From NCBI RefSeq assembly GCF_018350175.1, contig NC_058368.1, positions 115,012,001 through 115,076,000 on the forward strand: a stretch of 64,000 nucleotides of DNA. The letters run 5' to 3'. This stretch comes from Felis catus. Lineage: Eukaryota. Positions 62,109 through 64,000 of this stretch are shown here, one piece after another. Made by a program: the position numbers and the translations under genes. Position 1 is the stretch's first letter. Every line of letters starts with the position of its first letter. Under the pieces are notes generated by a model. It was not told the origin of the DNA, did not search any database, and worked only from the letters and a program-made list of their open reading frames with translations.

Positions 62109-63012
62109 GGGAATGCAAGCTGGTGCAGCCACTCTGGAAAAGTACAGAAGTACCTCAAAAAACTAAAAATAGAACTACCCTACGACCCAGCAATTGCACT
62201 ACTAGGCATTTATCCACAGGATACAGGTGTGCTGTTTTGAAGGGACACATGCACCCCCATGTTTATAGCAGCACTATCCACAATAGCCAAAGTATGGAAA
62301 GAGCCCAAATGTCCATCGATGGATGAATGGATAAAGAAGATGTCCTATATATATACAATGGAGTATTACTCGGCCATCAAAAGGAATGAAATCTTGCCAT
62401 TTGCAACTACGTGGATGGAGCTGAAGGGTATTATGCTAAGTGAAATTAGAGAAAGACAACAATCATATGACTTCACTCATATGAGGACTTTAAGAGACAA
62501 AACAGATGAACATAAGGAAAGGGAAGCAAAAATAATATAAAAACAAAGAGGGGGACAAAAACATAAAGAGACTCTTAAATATGGAGAACAAACTGAGGGT
62601 TACAGGACGGGTTGTGGGAGGGGAGAGGGGCTAAATGGGCAAGGGGCACTAAGGAATCTACTCCTGAAATCACTGTTGCACTATATGCTAACTAATTTGG
62701 ATGTAAATTTTTTTAATTTTTTTTTTTTTTAACATTTATTCATTTTTGAGAGAGACAGAGACAGAGTGCAAGCAGGGGAGGAGCAGACAGAGGAAGACAC
62801 AGAATCTAAAGCAGGCTCCAGGCTCCGAGCTGTCAGCACAGAGCCCGATGCGGGGCTCGAACTCACAAACAGTGAGATCACGACCTGAGCTGAAGTCGGA
62901 TGCTCAACCGACTGAGCCACCCAGGCACCCCAATTTGGATGTAAATTTAAAAAAATAAAGAAAATTAAAAAAAAAAGAAAAATAAAAAAAAATTTAAGTG
63001 TGATTAATTTAT
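62109..63012 (+). mobile_element. 5'-truncated carnivore L1 3' end, interrupted by a Can-SINE
   Basis: ORF2 peptide MFIAALSTIAKVWKEPKCPSMDEWIKKM. Same 3' UTR as the other two young L1 copies. A-rich tail at about 62949-63012. Confidence 0.93.
62711..62931 (-). mobile_element. Can-SINE inserted in the L1 3' terminus
   Basis: Perfect 17-bp TSD AATTTGGATGTAAATTT at 62694-62710 and 62932-62948. Confidence 0.96.
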
Positions 63013-64000
63013 TAAAAAAAAAAAGACTGAGTTTATGCATAAAAGCAATGTTATGTCCTTCTCAGTGCATCTTATCAGGGGTGTGTGATATCAGGCAGGC
63101 CCACATGATGGGCAGTGTTCACTTTGATTACTGATCACGGTGGTGTCTGCCAGATTTCTCCATTATAAAGATGCTATTTGTCTCTTTGAAATTAATAAAT
63201 ATTCTGTGGGGAGACACTTTTTGAGACATAAAGATACCCTGTTCCTCATCAAACTTTCACCCACTAGTTCTGGCATTCATTGATATTCCTTCCTTAAAAT
63301 TATTATTACTATGATGTTTCTCAAATGATGATATTCAAACTCTATCACTGCTTCTACCCATATGTGTTGTCACCCTATGTGAAAGAAGAGGCTTTCCTAC
63401 TTTCTCACTTATTCATTCATTTCTCTCAGTATGGCTTCATGAATTCTTAATTCATCTATGGGTTATAATCCATTTCTATAATTATTTATTTAGATGCTCA
63501 AATTACCTGTGATTTAATCACCAGAGTCTTTTCATACTGGGTTCTGTGTCTTTTTGACTTATTTCCATCATTCTCTAAGCACTTCCTTACTTTCTGGCCC
63601 AAGATGTTCTTGCCCAAGATATTTTACTTTTGCTCTACCAACTGTGGAATGTGCCACTTCACCAAGGAGCACTGGGGCACTTTGTGAAAATTTCTAACAG
63701 ATTCTAACCCTTACACTACACATACTGAATCACAACTTTAAAAAATAGAGCTCAAAAACCTAATTTTTCACAAATGTTCCACCCGATCCTTACCAGTAAG
63801 TCTGGCATTGAGGTGAGGACCAGCATTTGGGATAACTAGACCCAATCACCAAGCTTTTACCTGGTGTAGCACCTGTTGTAAGTGGCTGCCTGGTATTTGA
63901 AGACTACAAGCAGTGGGAGGGTCCCCATCAAACAAGGCAAGTCTGGTCCCAAGTCTGCCCTCTCAACATAGAGAGGGTCACCTGACTCTGTCCTGAAAGG

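Larger units (their letters stand above)
61360..63660 (-). mobile_element. Old L1M 3' region hosting the SINE-L1-SINE nest (boundaries approximate)
   Basis: cctacaggaaagttgcaaaatag...cacggtggtgtctgccagatttctccattataaag...gatgctcaaatt. Confidence 0.7.

Noticed and set aside
462..63040. The many 60-180 aa ORFs in the six-frame track as novel genes
   Set aside because: Apart from those overlapping CTNNA1 or SIL1 exons and L1 ORF2 remnants, they have no recognisable domains, often use non-ATG starts, and fall in repeats or GC-rich DNA where stops are rare.

Overview
Mammalian genomic DNA. The tRNA-derived Can-SINEs resemble feline SINEC_Fc, so the source is most likely a felid or other feliform carnivore (inference). 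The window holds the 3' ends of two convergent genes. CTNNA1 (alpha-E-catenin, + strand) contributes nine coding exons at 4373-34696, equal to human exons 10-18 and 474 codons plus stop in one open frame, with a 3' UTR to about 35660. SIL1 (BiP nucleotide-exchange factor, - strand) contributes its last three exons at 54266-49634, ending in KELR, with a 3' UTR to about 49465. Exon numbering and repeat family names come from recalled human gene structure and consensus sequences, not from a search. The rest is intron or intergenic DNA with 12 Can-SINEs, three young 5'-truncated carnivore L1s, old L1M/L2/MIR/MLT1 elements and DNA-transposon relics, some nested three levels deep. Nearly all ORFs in the track are spurious. 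I see no new protein-coding system. The best leads are regulatory or RNA-level: an inverted L1 pair bracketing an in-frame 909-nt exon block, a hairpin at the SIL1 last-exon acceptor, a compact TCF/FOX/STAT motif cluster, and a miR-9 site at a proximal poly(A) site.
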